Below, piece after piece: positions 22,697 to 34,575 of a DNA stretch of 64,000 nt. This DNA is from Rhynchocyon petersi. Lineage: Eukaryota. The stretch spans positions 421,961,137-422,025,136 of the forward strand of contig CM091795.1 in NCBI GenBank assembly GCA_043290085.1, written 5' to 3'. A program made the position numbers and the translations under genes. Position 1 is the first letter of the stretch. Every line of letters starts with the position of its first letter. Under the pieces are notes generated by a model, which did no database searches, was not told the origin of the DNA, and saw nothing but the letters and a program-made list of their open reading frames with translations.

Positions 22697-22787
22697 AAGT
22701 CGGTCATCCACAGTCGCCAGTTTCCATTCAGATTCCTCAATGCCCATGATTCCATCAACAACCTCGAAGCTAACCTCAGAAGTAGAG
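22697..22787 (+). CDS. TEP1: TEP1 coding exon 10 (KSVIHSRQFPFRFLNAHDSINNLEANLRSR)
   Basis: Acceptor gcatttcag, donor G|gtacta. Confidence 0.85.
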
Positions 22788-22994
22788 GTACTACTTTCCT
22801 TCTTCCAAATTCCATTTGTCTCTCATGCCTTAGAACACATGCGATAGCCTCTTGCCTTCCGGTCTCAGGGCATGGGGTTGGCAGAGGTTGGATTCATCCC
22901 AATCCCAAGGGTTGGGGCTCAGGGCAGGTATTAATGGGAGGATAAAATGGAGGAATAGTAGCTGCCTGACTCCAATAATTACTTATTGCTACAG

Positions 22995-23181
22995 CATTGC
23001 CATCTCCTTCAAACATACAACTGATGAAGCAAATCTTGATTAGAAACTCAAAAACTGGGAAAAAAAGTGCCAATTTGGATGAGATTCAGAACCTAAGTCG
23101 TCAGAAACTTCGAGCAGCCATGATGATGCCTCTGATGTATGAGCAGCTGAAGCGAGAGAAGCTGAAAATACAGAAAGCCAA
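22995..23181 (+). CDS. TEP1: TEP1 coding exon 11 (ALPSPSNIQLMKQILIRNSKTGKKSANLDEIQNLSRQKLRAAMMMPLMYEQLKREKLKIQKAK)
   Basis: ORF track 22997..23305; acceptor tgctacag, donor AA|gtgtgt. Confidence 0.85.
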
Positions 23182-23732
23182 GTGTGTGCTTTGGGTGGGG
23201 CCACGGGGCGGGCTACTGGAAGACCCTGACAAAGTTTGGGAATGGTCTGAGAACCCCAAATGCTATTCAGTAAAGACTGACTTACCTTATCAGTGGCGGC
23301 CTTAATGTATTAGAATCTAATTGCCTCTGGCATAGCAAACAAACTTTGTTTTTAACATTGTGCTATGGAGAGGTCATGAGGCAAAATCTATGCATGAACT
23401 CTGCTATTTGCAACTGTGTTTGGTGATTGTGGAGGGGTCCATGAAAGGGTCTGTGCTAATCTATCAGTATGTGGTTGGCAGTATTTAGACCCATCCAGTG
23501 GTGCTTCGGAAGAAAGGCCTGTGGGTCTGCTTCCCTAAGAATTTCTTCCATAGCATGTTCTCCTCTGTAACGTATGTGTCTCTGCGATGGAATCAACTTG
23601 ATGGCATTGAACTTGGTGTGACTTTTTTTTTCCATAACTGTGGAACCTCTGTAGCTCCTGCCTTTCCCTCTCCCTGGTGTCCTCGCTGGACTCACTTTCT
23701 GCTCTTTCTTTACTCTGATATCTGTTTTTCCA

Positions 23733-23920
23733 TGGGGGGGGTACCGTCTAGTCGTGAACGATTCATAGTGACCCTCCCGAGGGTTTCCGGAGGCAGTAGT
23801 CTCACACAGGAGTGGAAGCCACTCTTTTTCCCACGGAGCAGCTGGCAGATTTGAAACGTGTGCCTTTGGGTTGGCAGCACAGCTCCTTCACCACTAGGCC
23901 ACGCCAGCTGCTCAGGCTCA
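23733..23920 (-). mobile_element. Young AfroSINE-like SINE
   Basis: gggggggtaccgtctagtcgtgaacgattcatagtgaccctcccgagg... Confidence 0.85.
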
Positions 23921-24235
23921 AAGATAAGCATACAGCATGCTCCATAGGCTTGGTAAAGCCCAACCTCCTGTCCCTTCAGGTGCACTTCAGCAATACTTTG
24001 CCTACAGTTTCACTCAAGATAAATGCATAGTGGTGCTAAGACTGATCAGTATTTTCAGGTGGTGATGGCCTGCTCTCTCTGCTGTAAAGCTAATTCACTC
24101 ATTCACTGATGGGCTTTTCCTGGACCAGTTGTTCAGTAGTGGTTGCAGGAGGGAGATTTTCTTCTGTTGCGTCATGTTTGTTAGCTGGAATTCTAAAAAG
24201 TAAAGGAATTTCTTTCTCTTTTTCATTGACATCAA

Positions 24236-24398
24236 GTTGGCTCTGACTCATGGCTGATCTCCATTGAGTTTCTGAGGCTGTAAATCACGTGGGAGGAGAT
24301 TGTCCATCTTTTTTCCCTGGAGCTGCTGGTGGATTCAAACTGTAGAGAGTTCTAGAAGCCTTCGGGTTAGCAGTGTAACTTCTACTAGAGCTCCCTAA
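24236..24398 (-). mobile_element. Older SINE
   Basis: Diverged. Confidence 0.55.
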
Positions 24399-24854
24399 AG
24401 CGATTCAGCTATTTTGAAAAAGACAGGGTTTACTTAGAAAAGGAATGAGGAATGTTCTATGCTTTTCTCTTTTAATTGCCAGTTTTCAGAGTAAAAGGGT
24501 AGGACTTACTCTTTAGAAAACAATTTACAAATATGTTGCAGTAAAAATTGTGCTTTATGACGTAAATATGAATTAATGTGGTAAGATAGGCAAGTGGCTT
24601 CAGAGTGGTGCCCACCGATGACATCTGTCCTGCCAGGAAAACAGGAAAGTCCTGTAGAGCAGGGGACAAAAGGAAGCTCTATCCCAGTCTTCCATACCAG
24701 CCACAGAGGCAGGCTGTGGGAAGAGTTGCTAGTGCGTGAGAAGGAAGTGAGGGGCCTTGGAACTTGAGTGGCAAGTTTTCATCATCCCATCTGCCTCAAT
24801 GCAGCAAGGAGATGAGCCACTGAAACTCTCTCTGTGTGTCTTAACTGTCGGCAG

Positions 24855-25023
24855 ACAAGGGAGGTATGATGCCGAGATGCTGGATCGGTACCGGCAGGCC
24901 CTGGAGACAGCTGTGAACCTGTCTGTGAAGCACAGTCTGCCCCCACTTCCAGGTCGCACCATCCTGGCGTACCTGACAGATGCAAATGCCGACAAGCTAT
25001 GTCCCAAGAGCAACCCGGAAGGG
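24855..25023 (+). CDS. TEP1: TEP1 coding exon 12 (QGRYDAEMLDRYRQALETAVNLSVKHSLPPLPGRTILAYLTDANADKLCPKSNPEG)
   Basis: ORF track 24757..25116; acceptor gtcggcag, donor GGG|gtaagc. Confidence 0.9.
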
Positions 25024-25468
25024 GTAAGCAGTAGAAGGGGAAGGTTGTTTTGTGCCAGGCACCCCAAGTGGTACCCTGTTCCCAAAACTCACTCTCAGAT
25101 AAGCACTCAGAACTGAACTGAATGGAGTCAGTCCCTGGTTCCTCAGATCATTTCCTACATCGTGCCCTACAACTCAGTGGATTATAACACTTAACATTTC
25201 ACATTTGCTGGGAGTCAATTTCTGTCTCTAGAAAATGTCACACTTTCACCTCATTCCACCCAGGTGTTAACTTTGGATGGGAATCCTGGTTCCTCTCGCC
25301 CCCCTGGCAGCTCTCCTTCAGTGCTATGGAGCAGCCTCCTCCTAAATGAGGATCTTGTCCCTTTGTCCCTTCCTTCCACCAGTGAAGTGTTTGGCTTCCC
25401 GGGTTAAGAGAACAAGGGTGGGTTCCAGATCAGGGGAGCCTATTTCACCCTGATGTTTGTTCAATCAG

Positions 25469-25627
25469 CCTCCCCTGAACTATGTGCTGCTGCTGGTTGG
25501 CATGATAATTGCTCGGGCAGAGCAGGTGGATCTCTTGCTGTGTGGAAAAGGCACTCTGAAGTCAGCTGTGCTTAAGGCAGAGGAAGGCATCCTGAAGACT
25601 GCCACGGAGCTCCAGGCTCAAGTTCAG
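25469..25627 (+). CDS. TEP1: TEP1 coding exon 13 (PPLNYVLLLVGMIIARAEQVDLLLCGKGTLKSAVLKAEEGILKTATELQAQVQ)
   Basis: ORF track 25457..25639; acceptor ttcaatcag, donor CAG|gtcaga. Confidence 0.9.
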
Positions 25628-25758
25628 GTCAGACACTAACCCCCATCATCAAAAGTTGTGAATAGACAGCAGTCTGGGAACCAGCGGAGCCACAGTCAGG
25701 AAAAGCATGACTTTACACAGTTCTGATTCCAGCCACATAACCTGGGCTTTTCCTTCAG

Positions 25759-25842
25759 GAGCTGAATGAAAGCAATGAAAATGAGTACTCTCTGGATACA
25801 TTTGGGAAGTACTTGCTGTCTATGGCTGCCCGAAGAGTCCCT
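25759..25842 (+). CDS. TEP1: TEP1 coding exon 14 (ELNESNENEYSLDTFGKYLLSMAARRVP)
   Basis: Acceptor ttccttcag, donor CCT|gtgagt. Confidence 0.8.
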
Positions 25843-25988
25843 GTGAGTACTGCCCAGTTCACCCTTTCCCATATTTTCCTGTCTAACTGATATTTCTTGA
25901 CTACTCAAAAATTGACTTTTGTTTTTGGGGGTTTTTTTTAAATTTTTTTTTTTTTCAATTGACTTTTTAAACCAAGTACTTTCAGATC

Positions 25989-26165
25989 AGCTGGTATGGC
26001 CTAGTGGTAAAGAGCTGTGCTGCCCACTCAAAGGTACACGGTTTGAATCCACCACTGCTTCATGGGAGAAAGAGTGGCTGCAACTCCCGTGTGATATACT
26101 GTCTCCAGAAACTGAGGGAGGGTCACTATGAGTCAGTCACTACTCGTCGGTATCCCACCACCAGC
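25989..26165 (+). mobile_element. AfroSINE-like SINE
   Basis: cagctggtatggcctagtggtaaagagctgtgctgcccactcaaaggtacacggtttgaatcc... Confidence 0.8.
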
Positions 26166-26482
26166 ACTTCCAGATCATTTTCCTGCTGCTCTTCAACAAT
26201 TCTTTTACCCAGTAGAATGCTAGTAAATACTGAGCACACTCTTCAAAAAAGTAAATCTTCATTAATAGCAATTGCCAATTTCCATGGTGTAAATAGCACA
26301 CTATTAATTATGTAATATTTCTTCCACTTACACATGTAGATGTAAATAAGCTCAAAAGTGGGTAACAATGAAATACAGAAAAATTGTTGCGAAGTAATGA
26401 CTTTGAGTATTTATTATCTTTGCTTTTTAATATCATTTAATTGTAAAGCAATTTAATATTTAATAATGGCTATGTTTAACAA

Positions 26483-26672
26483 GTGCCCTGGCCTAGTGGT
26501 GAAGGAGCTGCGCTGCCAACCCAAAGGCACGCAGTTCAAATCCACCAGTTGCTCTATGGGAGAAAGAGTGGCTTCCACTCCTGTGTGAGATACTGCCTCC
26601 AGAAACCCTCAGGAGGGTCACTATGAGTCGGTCACGACTCGACGGTACCCCACCACCACCACCATGCTTAAC
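26483..26672 (+). mobile_element. AfroSINE-like SINE
   Basis: gccctggcctagtggtgaaggagctgcgctgccaacccaaaggcacgcagttcaaatcc...gactcgacggtacc. Confidence 0.85.
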
Positions 26673-26958
26673 AACTGGCTAAAAAAATTCCTAAAATTTT
26701 AATTAGTTCTCATACACCTGAATGAGTCAGCTCCAACATGCACTGCCTCTCCTGAATCTCTACCTTGCTGTCCCCAGGTCCAAGGGGCGTGGCTGCTTTC
26801 ATACCTGGGAACTTAAATGTCACCATTTTTGGATGAGGCAGCTCCCCATTTACCTCGAAATTCTCCTCTCTTCCCACTCTTTAGAGATCTCTTTTCTTAA
26901 GCTTTTTGTTCTGTATTCTTTGTCCTCTGTTCTTAGTTCTTCCTCTTTCATTTTACAG

Positions 26959-27089
26959 GTGGACAGGGTCATCCTTTTTGGCGAAGCTATGAATGAGAGA
27001 TGGATAAATGCAGCTAAACAGCTTGTCTGGCACCATGTGAATTCCAAGTGCCTCTTTGTTGGCGTGCGCATAAATCGGAGATCTTTTGT
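26959..27089 (+). CDS. TEP1: TEP1 coding exon 15 (VDRVILFGEAMNERWINAAKQLVWHHVNSKCLFVGVRINRRSF)
   Basis: ORF track 26722..27093; acceptor ttttacag, donor GT|gtaagg. Confidence 0.85.
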
Positions 27090-27366
27090 GTAAGGTTGCT
27101 TATACTCCCTCCCCTGTGCCAGAAGTGTCTTCTACCTCTACCCACCCTTGAAACACCATCTCTTCCTGGGCACTTCCTCATACTTACTCTCCAACTTTCT
27201 TTGAATTCTTCAGTCTAGCCCATGATCCTGTTGTTAGGGTCGACCGTAGTACAGCACATACTCTTTGAAAAACAGAAGGAGGTGGCCTCTCACTATGTTA
27301 GAGGGCAGTGACTGTGGCATTTCTTTTGATGGCTATTAATGGCTTTTTCTTTTTTTACTTTGCCAG

Positions 27367-27426
27367 GTCACCAGATGTGAACCCCAATGATGTGACGCTC
27401 ACAGGCTGTACTGATGGGATATTGAA
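27367..27426 (+). CDS. TEP1: TEP1 coding exon 16 (VSPDVNPNDVTLTGCTDGILK)
   Basis: Acceptor ctttgccag, donor AA|gtgagt; 60 nt, phases 2 to 2. Confidence 0.75.
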
Positions 27427-27626
27427 GTGAGTGTAAGACCAGGGTTGCAGCTTTGTAGAATGCCTTTTAGATGTTATCTCACCCTTCAGGTTTTTAAAAG
27501 CAAGTTAAGATTTTATTCCTCTCTTACAGCTATCCAGATATAAATGCTCTGTAATATTACAGGGACACAGTGCATTCTGTTATTGTTTCACTGTCTTCAA
27601 ATATTCACCTTCTATGACCATGTGGA

Positions 27627-27810
27627 GCAGCTGGCGTAGCCTAGTGGTGAGAAGCTGCACTGCCACCTCAAAGGGCACGTGGTTTGAGTCCGCCAGCTGC
27701 TCCGCAGGAGAAAGAGTGGCTTCAACTCCCGTGTGTGATACACTGCTTCCAGAAACCTTTGGGAGGTCACTATGAGTCAGTTACGACTCGATGGTACCTC
27801 ACCACCCCCA
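27627..27810 (+). mobile_element. AfroSINE-like SINE
   Basis: Family consensus. Confidence 0.85.
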
Positions 27811-27849
27811 CATGACCACGTGAGTTTAAAGACTAAGATGCACCCAGGT

Positions 27850-28510
27850 CACCTTAGTATTTTCAGTTGCTTCCTATGCATCTGAAAACTGGACCATGAA
27901 AAAAGATGCTAGAAGAGGAATTGATGACTTTGAATTATGGTGTTAGAGAAGAGTGCTGAATATCCCCTAGTCTACCGAAAGAATAAAAAGTCTGTCTTGC
28001 TAGAAGTGCAACCTGGTGCACTTAGAAGCAAGGATGGTGAAACTGCATTTCCCATACTTTGGGCATGTTGTTAGGAGGGGTTGTTGTTGTTGGTGGTGGT
28101 GTACCATCGAGTCGTGAACGACTCATAGTGACCCTCCTGAGGGTTTCCAGAGGCGGTATCTCACACGGAAGTAGAAACCACTCTTTCTCCTGCGGAGAGC
28201 TCTGGCAGGTTTGAACCGCGTGCCTTTGGGCCTGCTGCGCAGCTCTTTCACCAGTAGGTCATTCCAGCTGCCCCCTAGGAGGGGTTAGTCTTTGGAAAAA
28301 GACATTTTGCTGGGAAAGGTAGAGGGTCAGAGAAAGATGGATTGATAAACAAGATGATGCAATTATCATGATTGATAAACAAGATGGATTGATACAGTGA
28401 CTGTAGCAGTGGGCTGTAGCATATTAGAAACCATGAGAATGGTTCAGGAGAGGACTAAATCCAGATTTGCTGCTCATAGACTTGCCACTGAGTTGATGGC
28501 ACCGAACGAC
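27850..28510 (+). mobile_element. RTE 3' fragment interrupted by the SINE at 28098-28274
   Basis: Degenerate RTE C-terminal region on both sides of the SINE. Confidence 0.6.
28098..28274 (-). mobile_element. Young AfroSINE-like SINE (inside an RTE)
   Basis: Family consensus. Confidence 0.85.
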
Positions 28511-28617
28511 AGCAGACAACTTTCATAGTTCAAGATAGCTGCTCCAGTTGTAGTCATCACATATATATCGAATAGGAAAAGAGAAGAGAGGTTATAGGTA
28601 ATTGTATTGCTTACTTG

Positions 28618-28803
28618 TGGTGGTAGGGTACCGTCGAGTCGTGACCGACTGACTCATAGTGACCCTCCCGAGGGTTTCCGGAGGCAGTATCTTGCACAGG
28701 TGTGGAAGCCACCCTTTCTCCCCCAGAGCAGCTGGCGGAATTTGAACTGCATGCCTTTGGCTTGGCAGTGCAACTCCTTCACCACTAGGCCACGCCAACT
28801 GCT
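28618..28803 (-). mobile_element. Young AfroSINE-like SINE
   Basis: Family consensus. Confidence 0.85.
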
Positions 28804-29074
28804 CTTATAGAGATGCTTAAATAAAACTTTAAGTTTTATTTTACTGACTTTCTATTCATCATCAATCTAAAAGAAACTCTGTCTATGCAGAATTATAGAA
28901 ATCGCTTATTTTGCCTTTTCCATCCTTACGTCTTCTCATTCACTTGATTTCCCCCGATCTTTTCCTCTGAATGACACCTGCCCCCACTTGTGGTTAGGAG
29001 ACCCCAGACACATTCTCTCTCTTCTAAAGAGCTTTCATAGTGGGTGCAAAGCTGATCAAGTCCAGACTGTGTTG

Positions 29075-29413
29075 TTGCTATAGAGATATAACTGACTCAT
29101 ACCTAACACTGCAGCAGATATTCCAAGGCTGTAAATCCCAAGAGATGAGATTATGTATTGTACTCTTGTGGAACAACTAGTGGATTCAGGTCACTTGCTT
29201 TTGGGTTGGCAGCACAACTCCTTACCACTAAACCACTGTTTATGTTTTTAGGTATCATTGAGTCAGAACCAACTCATACTTGATCTCTAGTGGGGTTCTA
29301 AGTCACATGGGAGAAGATTGCCCATCTTTCTTCTGAGGAGTACATGGAGGATTCAAACCACATGCCTTTGGGCTGACAGCACAACTCCTTACTGCTAGGC
29401 CACCAGAGATCCT
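29075..29413 (-). mobile_element. Two older SINEs (29075-29236; 29252-29413)
   Basis: Diverged copies. Confidence 0.6.
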
Positions 29414-29437
29414 TATTACGCCATTGTTGTTGTTATG

Positions 29438-30118
29438 TGCCATCAAGTCAGAGTACAACACATAGCAACCCTATGGACAGCAGATCTGAAACTTGCCCTA
29501 TTCTGCGCCATCCTCATCATTTTGAACCCATCAATGCTGTCACTGTGTCCATCCATCTAGTTGAGGGTCTGTCGGTCTTTCTCTGACCCTCCTCCACCTT
29601 TCCAAGCATGATGTTCCTTTCCAGGCACTGGCCTTTCCTAACAACATTTCCAAAATATGTAAGATGAAGCTTCACTATTCTTGCCCCCAGAGACCATTCT
29701 GGTTGGACTCTCTCCAGAAAATATTTGTCCTTTTGGCCATCCATGGGATATTGAGCATTTTTCTCCAACACCACAGCTCGAAGGCATCAATTCTTCTTCT
29801 TTCATTCCTAGTCATCATCCAACTTTTCAGATGCATAGTTAGTAATTGAGAAGATCATGGTTTGTATCAGGTGTACCTTTGTCTTCAAACTGACATCATT
29901 ACAGTAATTTGGAGAGGTCCCTAACAGCAGCTTTTTCCAGTGTGATGTGTCTTTTGATTTCTTGACTGCTGGTGCATGGGTGTTGACACTGGGTCTAAGT
30001 AAGATAAAATCATTGACAGTTTCCATCCTTTCTCCAGAAATTAAGCCACTAGCATTTGTCCATACTAGGATGACCTTAATGTTTACAACTTTGTCCAATC
30101 CAGTTACTTCTGGCTTTA
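29438..30118 (-). mobile_element. RTE 3' fragment
   Basis: ORF 29517..29774 (-) ...KYFLERVQPEWSLGARIVKLHLTYFGNVVRKGQCLERNIMLGKVEEGQRKTDRPSTRWMDTVTALMG; (gtt)n tail at the low end. Confidence 0.75.
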
Positions 30119-30142
30119 AAAAAAAAAAAAAAAAAAAAAAAA
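30118..30142. repeat. Poly(A) tract (about 24 nt)
   Basis: Seen directly. Confidence 0.9.
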
Positions 30143-30227
30143 GCCAAACAAAAACCTTTGACCTTCATGCATAGCAGGAGAGGCTCGAACTGGGTTTCCT
30201 CACTGCTATGGCTCTGTACCATGAGCT

Positions 30228-30338
30228 ATGGTGGTACTGTGGTTAAGGCATTCATCTGCTAACAAACTAAAAGCTCTGTGGTTTGCTAACTCAAAGGTCC
30301 CAGCTGTTCTTTGGGAGAAAGATGAGGTTGTCTCTTCT
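30228..30338 (+). mobile_element. Partial tRNA-derived SINE
   Basis: tRNA-like head. Confidence 0.45.
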
Positions 30339-30447
30339 CATAAAAGATGTATAGTCTTACTAGTGAGTTTGGTTTGATTTATGCTTCTACAGCTTCATTC
30401 ATTTTAAGTCTACATTAACTGCTTGTGGTCATCTTTTTAAAGTTCTT

Positions 30448-30610
30448 GTTGTTATGGGCCGTCGAATCGAGGACGACTCATAGCGACCCTATGAACAGCA
30501 GTCTGAAACTGGACCTGTCCTGCACCATTCTCACCATCCCTGACACACTCGAGCACATCATTCACTGCAGTCACTGTGTCTATCCATCTAGTTGAGGGTC
30601 TGCCCCTCCC
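30448..30610 (-). mobile_element. RTE extreme 3' end fragment
   Basis: ccgtcgaatcgaggacgactcatagcgaccctatgaacagcag... Confidence 0.6.
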
Positions 30611-30706
30611 CAAGTGACCCTATGCTTGCCTTACCCTTACCACCCACTCCCCTTGATTCTGACCTCTGCTGTTTGCTCTCATGCATTTTGTTACCTTCTC
30701 TGTCAG

Positions 30707-30865
30707 GTTCATAGCAGAACGTGGGGCCTCCCGTCTTCTAGAGCACGTGGACCAAATGGACAAAATATTCAAGATCCCACCACCTTCAGGAAAGACTGAG
30801 CTCCTGCCTCTCAGGCCCCTGGAAGAGAATGCTCCAAACCCTTTGGCTCCAGTGTCCCAGCCTGG
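30707..30865 (+). CDS. TEP1: TEP1 coding exon 17 (FIAERGASRLLEHVDQMDKIFKIPPPSGKTELLPLRPLEENAPNPLAPVSQPG)
   Basis: ORF track 30681..30935; acceptor ctctgtcag, donor GG|gtcagt. Confidence 0.9.
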
Positions 30866-31626
30866 GTCAGTCTGTGCTGCAGTGCTTTTCAGAATGGGAA
30901 GGGCTTGTAGTCAAAAGCTGGAACAACTCTGGTGACTGACTGATACTCTTAACTGTTGTGATGATGTTTGCTCTGATCTTTGTGCTATTTGGCTTTTTCT
31001 TTCCTAGGAAGGGGAGTCACTAACATAAGAAATTGTCAGGCTGTGAACAAGCCACTTTGTCTCTTGGGGAGAATACGTTAGAATGTAAAGATGGCCATCG
31101 GGAGGGTGGAAGAGTACAGCCTCTAGTTTTCTCCTTCTGGCTTTGCCAAATGGTACCTTGTACCTTGAGCTGGGACAGTCTGTGTATGAGACAAAACCCC
31201 ACCTAGAGGTATATCAGAAGTCAGGCCTGGCAGTTCCCTTCTTGAAACCTTGTGGCACACAGTTCTACCTTGCACACATGGGAGCCTGTGTGAGTGGGAA
31301 TCGCTTGATAGCAACCTACAACCACCACCACCACATTGGGCCCGTTGCTTACTTTCTTAAGGGTTGTCTTGTGCATTCCAGGTGAAATACTATATGTGTA
31401 ATAGTATTTGGCTGACAAAAGGGGTAGTTCTTGAGAGGCAAGTGGCCTTTCAATTCCCAGCCTCCACCATCAAGTCTTCCTGCATATTCTTGTCCACGGC
31501 CGCTGGCTGTCTCTCTGCCAGTGTCTGTCGTCTTGTGCTCAGAGCAGATGGGTGGTCCACAGCAATCCATAGAATTGGGTGGGCCCATCGATCCGCAGGC
31601 TGAGTCAGCTGTCTGCTTACCCTCAG

Positions 31627-31803
31627 ATGGCGCAGCATCCGGCTTTTCATTTCGTCCACTTTCCGGGATATGCATGGGGAACGGGACTTGCTGCTGAGGT
31701 CAGTACTGCCAGCCTTGCAGGCCCGAGCTGCCCCTCATCGCATCAGCCTTCATGGTATCGACCTGCGCTGGGGCGTCACTGAAGAAGAAACCCGGAGGAA
31801 CAG
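31627..31803 (+). CDS. TEP1: TEP1 coding exon 18 ([59 protein letters not shown])
   Basis: Acceptor ttaccctcag, donor AG|gtatgg; strong match. Confidence 0.9.
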
Positions 31804-32017
31804 GTATGGACGTCAGAGATGAGGTCTGGACCAGGGATGGAGTTCTTGAATGATGGAATTGAATTGGGGCAGGGCTCTGATCCTCAGGAATAAGAGTCAG
31901 GGAAAGGGGTTGCTCTTGGATATGAAGGAGAGCAGCTTTTTTTCATTTTGCTCAGACGTGAGCCAGGTCTCCTCATTTTCACCTGTGTTCTGTTTGTCCC
32001 CATAACCATGCCCGAAG

Positions 32018-32138
32018 ACAACTGGAAGTATGCCTCGGGGAGGTGGAGAACTCGCAGCTGTTCGTTGGGATTCTGGGCTCTCGTTATGGCTACGTTCCCT
32101 CCCACTACAACCTCCCGAACCATCCGCACTTCCAGTGG
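32018..32138 (+). CDS. TEP1: TEP1 coding exon 19 ([40 protein letters not shown])
   Basis: ORF track 31948..32142 (offset frame); acceptor gcccgaag, donor TGG|gtaagg. Confidence 0.85.
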
Positions 32139-32267
32139 GTAAGGCAGGAAAGGGTGGGCAGCATCTGGGGAGGTGACAGAGTCTGAGGCAGAGCTAGGGA
32201 GAAACCCCAGTTTATCAGGAACCTCGGGTCTGTGAACAGGCATGTCCTTGAGATCAGCTCTCAAAAA

Positions 32268-32432
32268 GCCAATTGCCATTGAGTCCGAACCAATCCATAG
32301 ATGATTTCAGAGGCTGCACATTGGGCAGGAGGAGGTTGCCCGTCTTTCTTCCATGGTGGATTTGAACTGCCAGATGCACCACTTGTGGGCTAGCAGCACA
32401 GCTCCCTGTTGACTGCTCCACCAAAGCTCCTT
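32268..32432 (-). mobile_element. Older SINE
   Basis: Diverged. Confidence 0.55.
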
Positions 32433-32644
32433 CCTTGAGATACATAAGAGAATCCCTTTGAGAAGCACCTTTGGGACTGAGGGATATAAAGGGTAAGGGG
32501 ATTCATCTGTTAATCCAGATCTGTTATTTGCATATTATGCCGCGATATGAGAAGCTGTTTAACTTAGCCTGTGCTTACCCCCCCTATACAGTAAGGAGAA
32601 AGAATGGCATCTCTGTTGTAGGTTTGTTATGCTATTTAAAAATA

Positions 32645-32822
32645 CTCCATAAAGAGCACTGGTGGCCTAGTGGTAAAAAGTTGACCTGCAACTTCAAAGG
32701 CTTGCCATTCGAATCTACCAGCTGCTCCAGGGGGGACAACTCCAATGCAATTTAATGCCTCTGAAAACCCGTTGGAGGGTCAGCTATGGGTGGGTCACGA
32801 CTTGACGGTACCTAACAACAGC
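32645..32822 (+). mobile_element. AfroSINE-like SINE
   Basis: Family consensus. Confidence 0.75.
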
Positions 32823-33018
32823 AGCAGTAAACAGCACGTGGCACATGCCTTCAGCAAGTGTAAGCTGTTAGATATATTTCACTGGCATATGTCTAGAGGG
32901 CGAGAGGAACATTATGGAAATGAGAGAGCTTGGGGGTCTAGGCAAGACTGGAAGGAGATGTTGGTGTTTAAGGGCTCAGTCTGAACTTTGCCTGTCCCCC
33001 ATCCTCTCCACCCTGCAG

Positions 33019-33143
33019 GTCCATCAGTACCCCCCGGGCCGCTCAGTGACAGAGATGGAGATGGTGCAGTTCCTGAACCGGGGCCTACGCCTCCAGACCT
33101 CGTCCCCGGCTCTCATTTACTTCCGGGATTCCAGTTTCCTCAG
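33019..33143 (+). CDS. TEP1: TEP1 coding exon 20 ([41 protein letters not shown])
   Basis: Acceptor caccctgcag, donor AG|gtatcc. Confidence 0.85.
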
Positions 33144-33415
33144 GTATCCCTCTTTTGCGTCCAGGAATAGTCTCCACAGAAGGCCAGACAAGGCCTGATA
33201 ATGGCCATACCTTGTCGTCCCGACATGAGGTAGGCATGGGGAACTGGAGGCATAACACGGCTAGGGGAGTTTACCTTTGCAGGACTCGTTCAGCCTTGGA
33301 GCTGAAGTCAGGAGCCTCCGTTTGAGAATGAGTTTCAGGGCATCACAGCCAACAAAGCAGAGAGGGCTGCTGGACTCTGAATCCAGTCCACTCTTGAGGA
33401 TCTTTGTTGTGTCAG

Positions 33416-33529
33416 TTCTGTGCCAGATACCTGGAAATCTGACTTTATTCCTGAGTCTGAAGAGGCTGCACACCGGATCACAGAACTGAAGAACTACCTG
33501 AGCAAACAGAAAGAGATTACCTGCCGCAG
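33416..33529 (+). CDS. TEP1: TEP1 coding exon 21 ([38 protein letters not shown])
   Basis: Acceptor ttgtgtcag, donor AG|gtgagc. Confidence 0.8.
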
Positions 33530-33618
33530 GTGAGCTGGGGGTGGTGGAGTACCTGTGCAGAGATGTGGTTGGGGAACCAGGTCTGCTCGAGCTGTGAGTG
33601 TGCTTTTCTTGCCCTCAG

Positions 33619-33736
33619 ATACTCCTGTGAGTGGGGGGGTGTAGCAGCCGGCCGGCCCTACGTTGGGGGACTGGAAGAGTTTGGGAAGTTGGTTCTGCAG
33701 GATATCTGGAATATCATCCAGAAGCTTTACCTCCAG
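33619..33736 (+). CDS. TEP1: TEP1 coding exon 22 ([40 protein letters not shown])
   Basis: ORF track 33530..33772; acceptor ttgccctcag, donor CAG|gtcagc. Confidence 0.9.
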
Positions 33737-33867
33737 GTCAGCACGAATGTTGGTGACCGGGGGAGTAGGTAGGGACAGGGTGGCCTGCGTAGACCTGACT
33801 GAGGATGGGAGTAGCTTGGTGGAGGCTCTTTGAGTCTCGACCTGGGCTTCCTTGGCAGCAGGGTGGT

Positions 33868-34052
33868 GTGGTGGTGGGGTACCGTCGAGTTGTGAATGAC
33901 TCATAGTGACCCTTCTGAGGGTTGCCGGTGGCAGTATCTCGCACAGGAGTGGAAGCCACTCTTTCTCCCATGGAGCAGCTGGCGGATTTGAACCGCGTGC
34001 CTTTAGGTTGGCAGCACAACTCCTTCACCACTAGGCCACACCAGCTGCTCTT
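33868..34052 (-). mobile_element. Young AfroSINE-like SINE, 45 bp upstream of TEP1 coding exon 23 acceptor
   Basis: Family consensus. Confidence 0.85.
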
Positions 34053-34096
34053 GGCAGCATGGAGACATGATAATCACTTGCCCCATGTGCTCTCAG

Positions 34097-34291
34097 TCTG
34101 GATCTCAACTGGAGCAGCCAGGGTCCACCCCAGATGACGACTTGGTCCAGGCTACCTTCCAGCAGCTGCAGAGCCCACCCAGTTCCGCCCGGCGGCGCCT
34201 TCTTCAGAACACAGTGCAGCAGCTGATGCAGCACCAGGGATGGCTGAGCCTGGTGATGGGGCAGTCGGGACAGGGCAAGACTGCCTTCCTG
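34097..34291 (+). CDS. TEP1: TEP1 coding exon 23 (SGSQLEQPGSTPDDDLVQATFQQLQSPPSSARRRLLQNTVQQLMQHQGWLSLVMGQSGQGKTAFL); NACHT Walker A
   Basis: ORF track 34067..34345; acceptor tgctctcag, donor CTG|gtgcgg; GQSGQGKT P-loop. Confidence 0.9.
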
Positions 34292-34399
34292 GTGCGGAAC
34301 CTTGGCGTCCTGGGCAGGAGGGAAGTGGGAGATTGGATGGGCTAAGGAGGTAGGGCACAGACCGGTTATAACCACAGTTCTTGTTTTCATCCCATGCAG

Positions 34400-34575
34400 G
34401 CATCCCTTGTGTCAACCCTGCAGGCTCCCGATGGGACCAGGGTGTCCCCCTTGGTCTTCTTCCACTTCACAGGTGCCCGCCCTGACCAGAGTCTTGCTCT
34501 CACTCTGCTCAGACGCCTCTGTGCCTTCCTGCATAGCCATCTGCAAGAACCAGGTGGTCTACCCAGTACCTACCG
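34400..34575 (+). CDS. TEP1: TEP1 coding exon 24 (ASLVSTLQAPDGTRVSPLVFFHFTGARPDQSLALTLLRRLCAFLHSHLQEPGGLPSTY)
   Basis: ORF track 34394..34579; acceptor cccatgcag, donor CG|gtaggt. Confidence 0.9.

Noticed and set aside
27089-27093. In-frame TAA immediately after TEP1 exon 15
   Set aside because: The GT of the donor (GT|gtaagg) precedes it; the stop is intronic and only relevant if the intron is retained.
31140-31800. Cluster of overlapping ORFs on both strands (31349..31675, 31364..31603, 31431..31697, 31579..31782)
   Set aside because: GC-rich sequence around TEP1 exon 18. Only one frame (31627-31803, + strand) matches TEP1; the others are stop-poor by composition.
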